A stretch of DNA of 28,001 nucleotides from Deltaproteobacteria bacterium (lineage in GTDB: Bacteria; UBA10199; DSSB01), in NCBI GenBank assembly GCA_021772695.1, contig JAJFLL010000230.1, positions 1 to 28,001 on the forward strand, given 5' to 3'. The position numbers and the translations under genes are program-made. Shown here piece after piece: positions 16,765 to 26,344 of this stretch (positions are counted from its first letter, which is position 1; each line of letters opens with the position of its first letter). The notes under the pieces are model-generated. The model was given only the letters and a program-made list of their open reading frames with translations, ran no database searches and was not told the DNA's origin.

Positions 16765-18432
16765 ATGTATAGCAAAACAAAACAATCAAGTTTCTTACGC
16801 ATATTGGCAATAATGGGTGTCATTGCTTTTATGGGTTGCGGTGCCGGAGTGGAGGGGCTCGAGGGCGACTCCGTTTCTGAAAGCAGCGTCACACCCAAGG
16901 AGCTGTTCAATTTTGGAGGCGGGGTTACCGAAAACCCACTCCTGCAATCGGCCGATTGGCCTTCGGCGGGGCATGACTGGGCCCATACGGGGCACAATCC
17001 CGCCGAAACCGCTCTCAGTGTGGAAACCGTCGGGGATGTGGCCGAAGTGTGGCGCCACGAATTTTCCCCGGCCCCTGGTGTGCAAGTGCCGGTCCTATCG
17101 ACGGCGGTGATCGCTGGCGATGTGGTTTATATCGCCGATATGGGTGGATTCGTTCACGCTAGAAGCGCTACTGACGGCACTTTGCTCTGGACCCAGCTGA
17201 CGAGTTTTTCCGAGCCGGATCCGGTGTTCTTTTCGGTGTTCCATGCGGCGCCGGTAGTGACCGATCACGACCTCTTCGTGGGAGACAGCGGATCGATCAT
17301 CCATAAGTTGGACCGAGACACGGGTGTTACGGAATGGTCTACCCAGGTGGAAGCCCACCCCGATTCGTTGATTCAGGGCGACTTGGCCACCGTAGGGCCC
17401 TATGTCATCTTCGGGGTGTCTTCTTTTGAAAACACCACCGTTAACGACCTGACCATGCGCGGCAGTATCGGAGCGCTAAAAAAATGGAACGGTGAGTTGG
17501 CATGGAAAACCTACACCACCTCAGATCAGAGTCTGACAGATCCCAGATGGGGAGCAGGGGTGGCGGTTTGGTCTTCCCCGGCCATCGACCCATTGCGAGG
17601 CATTTATATCGGCACCGGTCAGTACTATAATCCGGGTTCAGAAAATCCCGATCCGGAGTCGGCGAATGATCCGGATTACAGCGATTCCTTATTGCGACTC
17701 TCTTGGCTCAATGGCGACGTTCGTAACAACCATCAGTTTACTGAGGGTGATATTTTCGGTCTGGAGTATCCCATTGGACCAGACGCCGATTTGGGTACGC
17801 CGCCCAATTTGTTCCCCGTTCACGGGCACTTCGGTTTACCCAAACCGGCCGTGGGCGTGGGTGACAAGACCGGCCATTATTATGTCATGGACCGCCGCAA
17901 TCTAAATGTCTTGTGGAGCCGCAAGATCGTCGAGGGAGGTGTTCTCGGTGGCTTTCAAGCTACCGCGGCCTATGCCGACGGCATTGTTTACGTGGCCGCC
18001 CACGAACGCATCGACGGGGCCTCTATCAATGACTCTATGCCACCCGACCTAGACTCTCGATTCATCCAAACTCCCGAAGGCACCGCTTTGATTCAAAAGG
18101 GCTCGCGCACCCGTATCATGGCCCTCGATGCCGACACGGGCGACGTGGTTTGGGAAAAATACGTGAACGGCGCCATTAGCTTCGCCCCGCTCGTGGTGGC
18201 CAACGGCGTGTTGTACCATGCCAACGCCAATGGCCACTTGCACGCCATGGATGCCGGCAACGGTGATGAACTCTTTAGCACCCAGATCGGCGGCTTCCCC
18301 GACGGAGCCGGCGGATACGTCTTCGGTAACATCATTACCGCACTGTCGCTGTCACGCGGCAGGGTCTATGTGTCGTCGATCCCACTGGTACCCGGTGCGC
18401 CAACCGGAGTGTTGGTTTACGGGTTGCCTTAA
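16765..18432 (+). CDS. PQQ-type beta-propeller lipoprotein, polyvinyl-alcohol-dehydrogenase-like
   Basis: GGAGG RBS then ATG 16765; lipobox-like FMGC; WPSAGHD, repeated A.D..TG...W docking motifs, VWSSPAID, GPDADLGTPP, GDKTG; no CxxCH. Confidence 0.85.
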   Translation: MYSKTKQSSFLRILAIMGVIAFMGCGAGVEGLEGDSVSESSVTPKELFNFGGGVTENPLLQSADWPSAGHDWAHTGHNPAETALSVETVGDVAEVWRHEFSPAPGVQVPVLSTAVIAGDVVYIADMGGFVHARSATDGTLLWTQLTSFSEPDPVFFSVFHAAPVVTDHDLFVGDSGSIIHKLDRDTGVTEWSTQVEAHPDSLIQGDLATVGPYVIFGVSSFENTTVNDLTMRGSIGALKKWNGELAWKTYTTSDQSLTDPRWGAGVAVWSSPAIDPLRGIYIGTGQYYNPGSENPDPESANDPDYSDSLLRLSWLNGDVRNNHQFTEGDIFGLEYPIGPDADLGTPPNLFPVHGHFGLPKPAVGVGDKTGHYYVMDRRNLNVLWSRKIVEGGVLGGFQATAAYADGIVYVAAHERIDGASINDSMPPDLDSRFIQTPEGTALIQKGSRTRIMALDADTGDVVWEKYVNGAISFAPLVVANGVLYHANANGHLHAMDAGNGDELFSTQIGGFPDGAGGYVFGNIITALSLSRGRVYVSSIPLVPGAPTGVLVYGLP

Positions 18433-18478
18433 AGTGAGCGGCGTTTTTAGGCGCTAAAGTATTGTGGGAAATATTATC

Positions 18479-18515
18479 AGGTTGGCTTTGCGTTGTGAGG
18501 CCGACCTTTTTTTTT
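18479..18515 (+). terminator. Rho-independent terminator
   Basis: AGGTTGGCTT / AGGCCGACCT stem (with G-U pairs), 9-nt loop, T-run 18507-18515. Confidence 0.75.
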
Positions 18516-18608
18516 GGTAATACGGGATTGGGCTTTTGAATTCATGGCGGCATCTGGTGGAAGGGTTTAGCAATTAGCAGGGGAATTACTGTTTTTTAAA
18601 AGGCGGCC

Positions 18609-19601
18609 TTAAAAATTTGATATGCGTTGAATGACCCAAAACATAGCCATGGAACCGATGGCATAGGGGGAGATCCACTTAGCCCAAGAGGGCAGAACCA
18701 AGCGAAGGCGCCGGAGCAAGGCAATCGCCACCAAGATTATGGCAATAAAAATCAGCTGACCCAACTCGACCCCCAGGTTGAACATCAATAGGGCGAGGGG
18801 AATTTCTCTCTGGGGTAGACCGATTTCGAATAGGGCGCCTGCGAATCCGAGGCCATGCAGCAGCCCAAAGCTGAAGGCGACGATCCAGGGCCGCGATTCG
18901 GTTAGACTTATTTTTCCCTGCCACGCATGGATGATTTCCGCGGCGACAAACGCGATACTCAGCGCAATAACCGCCTCTACAGGGGCTTGAGGAATGTGAG
19001 CGAAACCCAGGGTTGCCATGGCTAGGGTGAGGCTATGGGCGAGGGTGAAGGCGGTCACCGTTCCGATGAGCCTGCGTTTTCCTTTGATCAGGATCAAGAG
19101 GGCCAAGAGGAATAACAGGTGATCGAAACCCATGAGGATGTGTTCCGATCCAAGGGTCAGGTAGGTCTTGGCGATTTGGATCCCCTTGGGATCCGTGTCG
19201 ACCACAAAATATGGATGTAAAGGCGTAAGGCGCTGCACCTGTGAGGCTATATCCAGCCGCTCGATGCGGACCAAGACATCGGTCATCGTGGCTGCCAGGC
19301 CGTCCACTTCAATTCGTTTTCCCGCCAACCCCCCCTGACATCGCGCTGTCCAGCGTTCGATTCGAGCGCCTTCAATGGCGAGGGCTGATTTGGAATCGGA
19401 TACGCAGGATGCGGGGAGGAGGACATGGAGGGAGAGACGCCACTCACCCTTCGCCGGGACCTTCCAAAGAATTTTGAAGGTCTCGGAATCGATTTGGCGA
19501 AACTCGAGGTATGCGGGTCGCATTTCGTGCGCGGTTGCGGGCCGAAGAGAGGAGAAAAGAATCAGAAGGATTACGGAAAGAACTCCAATTCGCCCAAACA
19601 T
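18609..19601 (-). CDS. HupE/UreJ family membrane protein with an N-terminal periplasmic domain
   Basis: Signal peptide then A-HEMRPAYL; GSEHILMGFDHLLF, FTLAHSLTL, EAVIALSI, FGLLHGLGFA, FNLGVELGQ. Start 19601 (alternative 19625). Confidence 0.9.
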   Translation of the reverse strand: MFGRIGVLSVILLILFSSLRPATAHEMRPAYLEFRQIDSETFKILWKVPAKGEWRLSLHVLLPASCVSDSKSALAIEGARIERWTARCQGGLAGKRIEVDGLAATMTDVLVRIERLDIASQVQRLTPLHPYFVVDTDPKGIQIAKTYLTLGSEHILMGFDHLLFLLALLILIKGKRRLIGTVTAFTLAHSLTLAMATLGFAHIPQAPVEAVIALSIAFVAAEIIHAWQGKISLTESRPWIVAFSFGLLHGLGFAGALFEIGLPQREIPLALLMFNLGVELGQLIFIAIILVAIALLRRLRLVLPSWAKWISPYAIGSMAMFWVIQRISNF

Positions 19602-19614
19602 ACATTTACCCTTT

Positions 19615-20460
19615 TTACCGGGCATGGGCCCATCCCGGGAACTGCACTTCGATGGAATATTTTTTACTCAGACCTTGCAGGAATTCTGCCTTGAATTCCC
19701 GTCGTTGTTCAGCCAACCATTCCCGTTTTACCCAATCCTTGATTTGGGAAAATTCAGGCACTTTTCCCTCCTCCTTCCCGGTGACCTTTACCAAATGCAT
19801 GCCCAGGCCCGATTCAATGGGTCCCTTCCAGACACCAGGTTCGATTTCAAACAGGGATTTTGAAAAGTCCGGTCCGAATTGTTGTTTGGTTTCTGTCGAA
19901 GAGATATTTGAAAATTGTGAAGGTAGTGCCATGGTGTCGCCCAGGGCCGAAGCTTCGACATCACGATTGCTACTGTTCAAGGTGGACAAGAGACGGGCCG
20001 CGTCCCCATTTAAATCGCTGCGTCCTTCTGGATTCAGGTAGACCTGGGTAAAACTGATGTTGGGATCGCTGGTGAATATTTTAGAATTTTTTTGAAAAAA
20101 TTCCTGAAGCTCCTTCTCACTAGCTTGCCTTTGTTCGGATAGATCCTCGGTAAGAAACTCCATCTTTTGCCGCAGGCGGCGGCGGACGATGGGGTCGTCC
20201 TGGTCGAGGCCCAGTTTTAAGGCTTCCTGGTAAAGGATCTCCTCTTGAACGGCATCGTGAATCAATCCATCCAGTTCATCTTGGGTAGGCGGCCGGTGCC
20301 AGGTTCGCTTCCAACCTTCCGCCAGCCATTCGATTTGCGGGGAACTGATCACAATTTTTTCTGGCGAGAGCGAGGTACGGTTTCCAAGGAAAAAATATAA
20401 TAGGAAAATCGCGCCGCCGATGATTAAAAAATGAAAAAGGGGTTCGCGGAACAGTTTCAT
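19615..20460 (-). CDS. Membrane-anchored parvulin/PpiC-like peptidyl-prolyl isomerase or chaperone
   Basis: REPLFHFLIIG anchor, EEILYQEAL.LGLD..D..VRRRL.QKM helical domain, W.GPIESGLGMHLV rotamase motif. Confidence 0.88.
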   Translation of the reverse strand: MKLFREPLFHFLIIGGAIFLLYFFLGNRTSLSPEKIVISSPQIEWLAEGWKRTWHRPPTQDELDGLIHDAVQEEILYQEALKLGLDQDDPIVRRRLRQKMEFLTEDLSEQRQASEKELQEFFQKNSKIFTSDPNISFTQVYLNPEGRSDLNGDAARLLSTLNSSNRDVEASALGDTMALPSQFSNISSTETKQQFGPDFSKSLFEIEPGVWKGPIESGLGMHLVKVTGKEEGKVPEFSQIKDWVKREWLAEQRREFKAEFLQGLSKKYSIEVQFPGWAHAR

Positions 20461-20485
20461 TGATTAGAATTCCCAGTTAGCGGCT

Positions 20486-22384
20486 TTATGAACTCGGGTT
20501 ATACCAGATGGGCGAACTATATCCTCGCTCCTGAAGGGATACGGGAATTTTCGGATCCAGTTTGACCCCGAATCTTTTTGCATCATAGGTTGTCCAGCGA
20601 GGTGTGGGGATTTGCAAGACCCGAACATAATAAAAGGACTTCAGCTTTGGGTCGAAGTCCGGGTCTTTCCATACGGTCGTCAGGGCTGGCCCTCCGATGC
20701 TGTTGGTGTAGCTGGCCTGGGCGGCGTTCACAGTATTGCCCACCGTTGGGACCTTCCCGTCGGGACTTTTTTTGCGATTGCCGGACCAGGCGACGTCATA
20801 AATTTTTTCTTGCACCTGACCGTCTTTATCTAACCAGCCCTTGATCACTTGCACCCGGTCCAAGTTGGCGCCGATGGGATCCTTGAGGGCCGAGACCAAA
20901 AACGTGGGAGTTTTTCCTTCGGCCGCCTGGTTTAGGTCCCCCCCCATGGGAACGCCCTTGGCGTAACCCACGGCCGCAAGGTCGGGAGTTTTTGCATCAG
21001 TAGGTTCATAGTCCCAACCCCCGAAAAAGCGGAGGGTGATTCGCGGCCCGGTGGTGGCATACACTTCCTTTCGCTCCATAGCGTCGAACAGGGCCTCCCG
21101 CGTGTTCGCATGGGCCCAAATGCCGGCGTAACCGGAGGCCGTCTGCTCCCAATCCATGATGGTGGCCACCGGTGTCTTTATAAAATCGGCCGTCAAGCGA
21201 TGGGCGCTGGGCTCGGACGAGGAGACCTTTCCAAAAAAATTGTTGCTGTCGGCAGTTGCCAAACCCGTATGGGAATCGGTCGAACCGATCATCCCAAATT
21301 TATAAGGATTGACGCCAAGTTGGGCTTCGGCTTTCAGGCCGTTCTTCAGGGCGGACCGGGCATATTCATATTCAAGCATTTCCTGCTTTTTGGATTCGCT
21401 CAGGTCCAGGTTGCCCTTGTCCCAACGCTCGAAATCGGCGAATTCGTCGTTAGGATAAAGAAAGGGATGGGTTTCTCCATCCCCCTTGATCTGCGTGACC
21501 TCGTAAATGCGCTCCCATTCGGCCCGAGCTTTGGCGTAGGTCTTGTCGATGGGCTTACCGTTGAAGGACTCGATGAGGGGAAACATGCGCCCGTTGCTCA
21601 GATTGCCGTTATGGGGGATGGCTAAAACATTGCCCTTGGTCTTTTTTTCATATTCGCTCAACCACTTCCACAAGTCTCGCGGGTTGTCGCTGCCGAGGGG
21701 TTTTTGGGTGGTGTAAGGTTCCATTTGCGCTGCCTTGGTGCCGTTGTCCCGATATATCACATTGCGATGCAAGTTATTGCCGCCCGTGTTCGAGGTCCAT
21801 TCATAGCCGATAAAGGCGGTAAAGCGCCCCGGATCGTTGGCTCCTTCCGCGGCCTTGATGGTTTCGTCCCATGCGGTCCGGTAGGCCTTGCTTCCAGGCA
21901 GGGAGGCCAATGCTTTGGGAAATCTATTCTCACTGAAGGCTTGAATGATCTCGAAGGCCGCCTCCATATTTTTTCCACTTTGAATCATGTCGTACCAGCG
22001 TTTGCCCGTCGGATCGGCCAGCATGGCGGGATCACCGGCGATCAGTTGGGGGAAGAAACCCATATTGTCTGAGTGGTCCGTGACTACAAGAAAGTCTAGT
22101 GGTCGAGCCAGCTTGGCCGGCTGTCCGCTGGAAGCCATGACCTGTTCACCCTTTGCAAAACGGTAGGCATCTGCCGGCGATAATCGACAGCCGGCGGCGC
22201 CGGCGTCCATGGAAAAGGAGGTATGGAGGTGGGTGTCGCCCCAATAGACCCGGGTGGCCTTTGGGGACGAGGAGCTCTGGTTCGCGGCAGTTTTCCCGGT
22301 GGGTTTTTCTTTGGCAAGTGTGGGACTGCTGATCAATAATCCTGCAAAAATCAGGGCAAAACCATAATATTGAGTGCGTTTCAT
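20486..22384 (-). CDS. DUF3604 family exported PHP-like metallohydrolase
   Basis: Signal peptide; YWGDTHLHT, VTDHSD, GYEWT, HRNV, IPHNGN, EVTQIKG, GSTDSHTG, EVYATTG, QERGYSSPIWY; GAGGAGG RBS. Confidence 0.9.
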   Translation of the reverse strand: MKRTQYYGFALIFAGLLISSPTLAKEKPTGKTAANQSSSSPKATRVYWGDTHLHTSFSMDAGAAGCRLSPADAYRFAKGEQVMASSGQPAKLARPLDFLVVTDHSDNMGFFPQLIAGDPAMLADPTGKRWYDMIQSGKNMEAAFEIIQAFSENRFPKALASLPGSKAYRTAWDETIKAAEGANDPGRFTAFIGYEWTSNTGGNNLHRNVIYRDNGTKAAQMEPYTTQKPLGSDNPRDLWKWLSEYEKKTKGNVLAIPHNGNLSNGRMFPLIESFNGKPIDKTYAKARAEWERIYEVTQIKGDGETHPFLYPNDEFADFERWDKGNLDLSESKKQEMLEYEYARSALKNGLKAEAQLGVNPYKFGMIGSTDSHTGLATADSNNFFGKVSSSEPSAHRLTADFIKTPVATIMDWEQTASGYAGIWAHANTREALFDAMERKEVYATTGPRITLRFFGGWDYEPTDAKTPDLAAVGYAKGVPMGGDLNQAAEGKTPTFLVSALKDPIGANLDRVQVIKGWLDKDGQVQEKIYDVAWSGNRKKSPDGKVPTVGNTVNAAQASYTNSIGGPALTTVWKDPDFDPKLKSFYYVRVLQIPTPRWTTYDAKRFGVKLDPKIPVSLQERGYSSPIWYNPSS

Positions 22385-22815
22385 TTGAGGCCTCCTCGGG
22401 GCTGAAAAAATTTAAATATCACCACTTTTTATAAAGTGAGCAAAGGACCAAGACGACACAGGCGTTTTATTAAAACTCGGTTTTTAGGTATTGACGGCCT
22501 CTTCCTTTGAAAATTTCTGGGGGGGTGTTGCTTGTTCTTGATTATATTTACCTATTTTCGGGACTTATCTGGGGGAATATCCCTAGTCTCAGCATTATCC
22601 AGTATTTAAATATATTTATCATCTAATTTTATGGGAATTGCCTGAGCGTAGATATGATGGCTTGCCCAGTTGTGTTGTTTGAGATGTTTGGCCATCCGAA
22701 AAAATCCAAAAGCATTCGGGCCCCGGCTTGGCAGACTTGCTATTTCAGTTTTTATTTGCCGAGAAATAATCTGGTATTTTCGAGAATTTAAATTAAGCCC
22801 CGCTTCGGTCTATTC

Positions 22816-25518
22816 TCAGCGGGGGTTTTTATAGCGTAGGTTCCAGGTCCACTTGTGGAGTTCCATGACCAGCAAGACCGTAAGGGCTAGTGCGAATAAC
22901 AGTGCTCCCGTTTCGAGGTTCACCGCCTGCGTCGAGAGCAGTTTTTGGCCGAAGGGAAGATACATAAAGGCCAGGTGCACCGAAAACGCGAGCAAAGCAC
23001 CAACGACGAGAAAGGGGCTTCTCAAAGGAGAGAGGGTGAAGGCCGAGCGGGTTTCGGAACGGCAATTGCCCAAATGCACGTTTTCAAAGAGGACCATGAG
23101 CAAGAGTATTCCGTTGCGTGCGGTCTCTTCGGGCCAACCGGCCTCTAGCATCCAATAAAAAGTAGCGATGCTCACCCCGCCCATGACCACAGCTCCCACC
23201 AAAACCCGTTCCACCATCAAACGATTGAAGATCCTTTCCTTGGGAGGGCGGGGAGGTTGTTCCAATTCGTTGCCCAGTCCGGGCTCGAAGGCCAGGGCCA
23301 CGTCTTGAATGCCGTTAGTCACCAGATTCAACCAAAGCAATTGCACGGGAAGCAGGGGAAGGGGCAGGCCCATGGCGATGGATAAGGCCACCATGATGAC
23401 CTCGGCGGCGCCCGTAGAGATGAGCAGGTAAATAACGTTTCTAACGTTGTTGTAAGCGATGCGGCCTTCTTCCACTCCCGAGACGATGGTGGAAAAGTTA
23501 TCGTCGCTGATCACAATGTCGGATGCGTCACGCGCCACATCGGTCCCCGCCTTGCCCATGGCGACTCCGATGTTGGCGGTGCGCAGTGCGGGGGCGTCAT
23601 TGACGCCGTCCCCGGTCATGGCCACGAAATGCTTGTTGTGTTTGCAGGCGTCGACGATGCGGAGTTTTTCGCGGGGGGCCACCCGGGAATAGACTTTGAT
23701 ATGATGCGCTAATTCCCGCAATGCTTCGTCGTCTACCTGCTGCAATTGGGGACCGGTGAGGACTTGATCCAATGAATCGGCCAGCCCCAACTGGCGGGCG
23801 ATGGCCAAGGCGGTCAGCGGATGGTCCCCGGTGATCATGGCAACCTGGATTCCGGCCCGGTGGCAGGCGTCGATGGCCTCGGGTACTCCGGACCGCAGAG
23901 GATCGATCATGCCGACCAGGCCTAAAAACTTTAATCGTGAGGGAGCGATGGGTACCGTGTCGGGATCGATTGGCTCGTGATTCCGCTTTTCCGCCAAGGC
24001 AATGACGCGATAACCCCGTTCGGCGAGATTTTGCGCCTGTTGCAGGGCCGAATTTTGGGATTCCTCCGAATCGGTAAAATCGCACATGGACAATACTTTT
24101 TCCGGCGCTCCCTTGACCACGCTTAGGTATTCGGCTCCCACCCGGTGAAAGGAGGCGGAAAATTGATTTTCCGGTTCAAAGGGGATGCTATTCACTTGTG
24201 GGAATTGATTCCAGGATGGATCCCGGGTGACCCCGCCCTTTCGGGCCATGGTCAATAGGGCGATGTCGGTAGGATCACCCCGAAAGACCCATTGGTCGTC
24301 CCGCCGGCGGAGGTCCCCTTCGTTACACAATACGGCGGTTTGTAACAAAGGTGAGAGGGAAGGGAACTGATCGGACTTAACCTCCGATTCTTCGTATTGG
24401 ATTTTGCCGTTGGGTTCAAAGCCTTGTCCTGAAACCTTGAGACATGTGCCGCCGGATAAATAAATTTCCTGAACCGTAAGTTCATTGCAAGTCAGGGTAC
24501 CGGTCTTATCGCTTCCGATGAAAGTGCAACTGCCCAAGCCTTCTACCGCGGCGAGCTTTCTGACGATGACGCCCTTAGCGGCCATACGATTGGTGGCGAT
24601 GGCCAGGGCCACGGTCACCGCCACGGGCAGGCCTTCAGGAATGGCAGAGACCGCCAGGGCAACCGCGAAAAAGAACATCTCCTTTAACCCGTAGGCCTTG
24701 AGAAATCCTATTCCCGCCACGGCAAAGGCGGCCACCAATACGGCGAAGCCCACGATTTTGGTAAAACGTTCCAGGCGTTGCAACAGGGGTGCCTTGCCCG
24801 CCTTCGTGCCGATGACATCCATGGCCAATTGACCAATCAGCGTTTGGGTACCGGTGGTCACGACGATCCCTTCGCCGCGACCCCGCACCACGGTGGTTCC
24901 CGCAAAGACCATATTGTGCCGGTCACCTACGGGAACCATTTCAGTGCTCAGCCAATGAGGATTTTTTAATACAGACAAGGATTCTCCAGTCAGGGGAGAT
25001 TCATCGATCTCTAACCCCTTGGCCTTTAGTAAGCGAATATCTGCTGGGATCCGGTCGCCCGGTTCCAACCAGACGCGATCTCCCGGCACCACGTGTTCGG
25101 CGGAAATCTGCCGGGGTTCTTGATCCCGGCTCACCAAGGCTTCAATCTGCAAGAGTTTCTCCAAGGCCCGGCTGCTGCGATCGGCCCGCCATTCTTCGTA
25201 CCCTCCAATGATCGCGTTGATGAGCAGCACGGCCGCGATAAAGGCGGCATCGATATGTTCACCGATGAATAGCGAGACCAAGGCGGCGACCCCTAAAATA
25301 TAAATGAGGGGGCTTTGAAATTGTCTAAAGAAAATTAGAAATAGGTTGGGTGGTGCTTCACGGGGCAAGATATTGGGCCCGAATTGTTCCAGTCGGGATT
25401 GCGCCTCGGCTTCACTTAATCCGGTATCTTGGGTGTTTAGTTTGTTTAATAGTTCGGCGGGCTGAAGGCTGAACCATTGGGGACTCGGAATGCGGCCGCG
25501 GCCTGGAGCGGTTGCCAT
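22816..25518 (-). CDS. Type II cation-transporting P-type ATPase
   Basis: LTGES, IPEGLP, DKTGTLT, GDPTD, KGAPE, DPLR, MITGD, GDGVNDAP; about 10 TM segments. Confidence 0.95.
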   Translation of the reverse strand: MATAPGRGRIPSPQWFSLQPAELLNKLNTQDTGLSEAEAQSRLEQFGPNILPREAPPNLFLIFFRQFQSPLIYILGVAALVSLFIGEHIDAAFIAAVLLINAIIGGYEEWRADRSSRALEKLLQIEALVSRDQEPRQISAEHVVPGDRVWLEPGDRIPADIRLLKAKGLEIDESPLTGESLSVLKNPHWLSTEMVPVGDRHNMVFAGTTVVRGRGEGIVVTTGTQTLIGQLAMDVIGTKAGKAPLLQRLERFTKIVGFAVLVAAFAVAGIGFLKAYGLKEMFFFAVALAVSAIPEGLPVAVTVALAIATNRMAAKGVIVRKLAAVEGLGSCTFIGSDKTGTLTCNELTVQEIYLSGGTCLKVSGQGFEPNGKIQYEESEVKSDQFPSLSPLLQTAVLCNEGDLRRRDDQWVFRGDPTDIALLTMARKGGVTRDPSWNQFPQVNSIPFEPENQFSASFHRVGAEYLSVVKGAPEKVLSMCDFTDSEESQNSALQQAQNLAERGYRVIALAEKRNHEPIDPDTVPIAPSRLKFLGLVGMIDPLRSGVPEAIDACHRAGIQVAMITGDHPLTALAIARQLGLADSLDQVLTGPQLQQVDDEALRELAHHIKVYSRVAPREKLRIVDACKHNKHFVAMTGDGVNDAPALRTANIGVAMGKAGTDVARDASDIVISDDNFSTIVSGVEEGRIAYNNVRNVIYLLISTGAAEVIMVALSIAMGLPLPLLPVQLLWLNLVTNGIQDVALAFEPGLGNELEQPPRPPKERIFNRLMVERVLVGAVVMGGVSIATFYWMLEAGWPEETARNGILLLMVLFENVHLGNCRSETRSAFTLSPLRSPFLVVGALLAFSVHLAFMYLPFGQKLLSTQAVNLETGALLFALALTVLLVMELHKWTWNLRYKNPR

Positions 25519-25858
25519 GGTTTGATTTTAAAAAGGCAGCGGCGCCAAGGCCAGAAATATCGAGAAAAATCGACGGGGCACTTTTTAATTTTTGAAAAAC
25601 TAGGGTCGATATACAAGTCCCTGCAAGGGGCGATAAACGGCTTAACTTGTTGAATCCCTTCGGCTTAAATCAATCCGTTGGCGAATCGACAAGTCCTTGG
25701 AGAAAGGATCGGCGAGTAGGAAAGAATACGGGAGTCTTCCCAGTAATATTGGCCGGTAGAGCATTAATAATTATTTTCAGGACTAGGCGGGTTGAATGTT
25801 GGAAACCGCTGCGGAATACGGATGCGATTCAACAACTTTGCCACCATTGGGGGCTTTT

Positions 25859-26344
25859 TTATTTTCTTCGCGCAACGGCCGCCTCCAGTGCCGCGATGTC
25901 GATTTTCTTCATCGTCATCATCGCCTCGAAGGCGCGCTTCGCCTCGTCTGGGTCGGAACTCGTCGTCAATTCAAGCAACCGCCTTGGCGTGATCTGCCAG
26001 GAATAGCCCCAACGATCCTTGCACCATCCACAGGCGCTTTCCTCACCGCCATTACCGATGATGGCGTTCCAATAGCGATCCGTTTCCTCTTGGCTATCCG
26101 TAACGACCATAAAACTGACCGACTCGTTCGGTTTGAAATTCGGTCCGCCGTTCAGGCCAATAAATTTATGTCCGAGCACAGTAAACTCAACCGTTAGTTC
26201 GCTGCCTTCTTTGCCTCCTGGAAAGTCGCCAGGCGCTGCATTCATTCGCCCAACACTACTATTGGGAAACGTGGCTGCATAAAAGGCCGCCGCTTTATTC
26301 GCTTCGCCATGATCAAACCAAACGCAGGTAACAATCTCGGTCAT
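25859..26344 (-). CDS. VOC/PhnB-like protein (3-demethylubiquinone-9 3-methyltransferase-like family)
   Basis: TCVWFD..A..AA.FY...F, LNGGP.F, S.SF.V...[21 protein letters not shown]; GGAG RBS. Confidence 0.9.
   Translation of the reverse strand: MTEIVTCVWFDHGEANKAAAFYAATFPNSSVGRMNAAPGDFPGGKEGSELTVEFTVLGHKFIGLNGGPNFKPNESVSFMVVTDSQEETDRYWNAIIGNGGEESACGWCKDRWGYSWQITPRRLLELTTSSDPDEAKRAFEAMMTMKKIDIAALEAAVARRK

Noticed and set aside
19241-20051. Several long plus-strand ORFs (up to 176 aa) opposite HupE/UreJ and the parvulin gene
   Set aside because: Antisense shadows of well-supported genes; no motifs or RBS.
25519-25858. yybP-ykoY (Mn2+) riboswitch upstream of the P-type ATPase; short repeats ACAAGTCC x2 and GTTGAAT/ATTCAAC
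   Set aside because: No GGGGAGTAGC-type core on the minus strand; the repeats are too short and few for a CRISPR or an element end.
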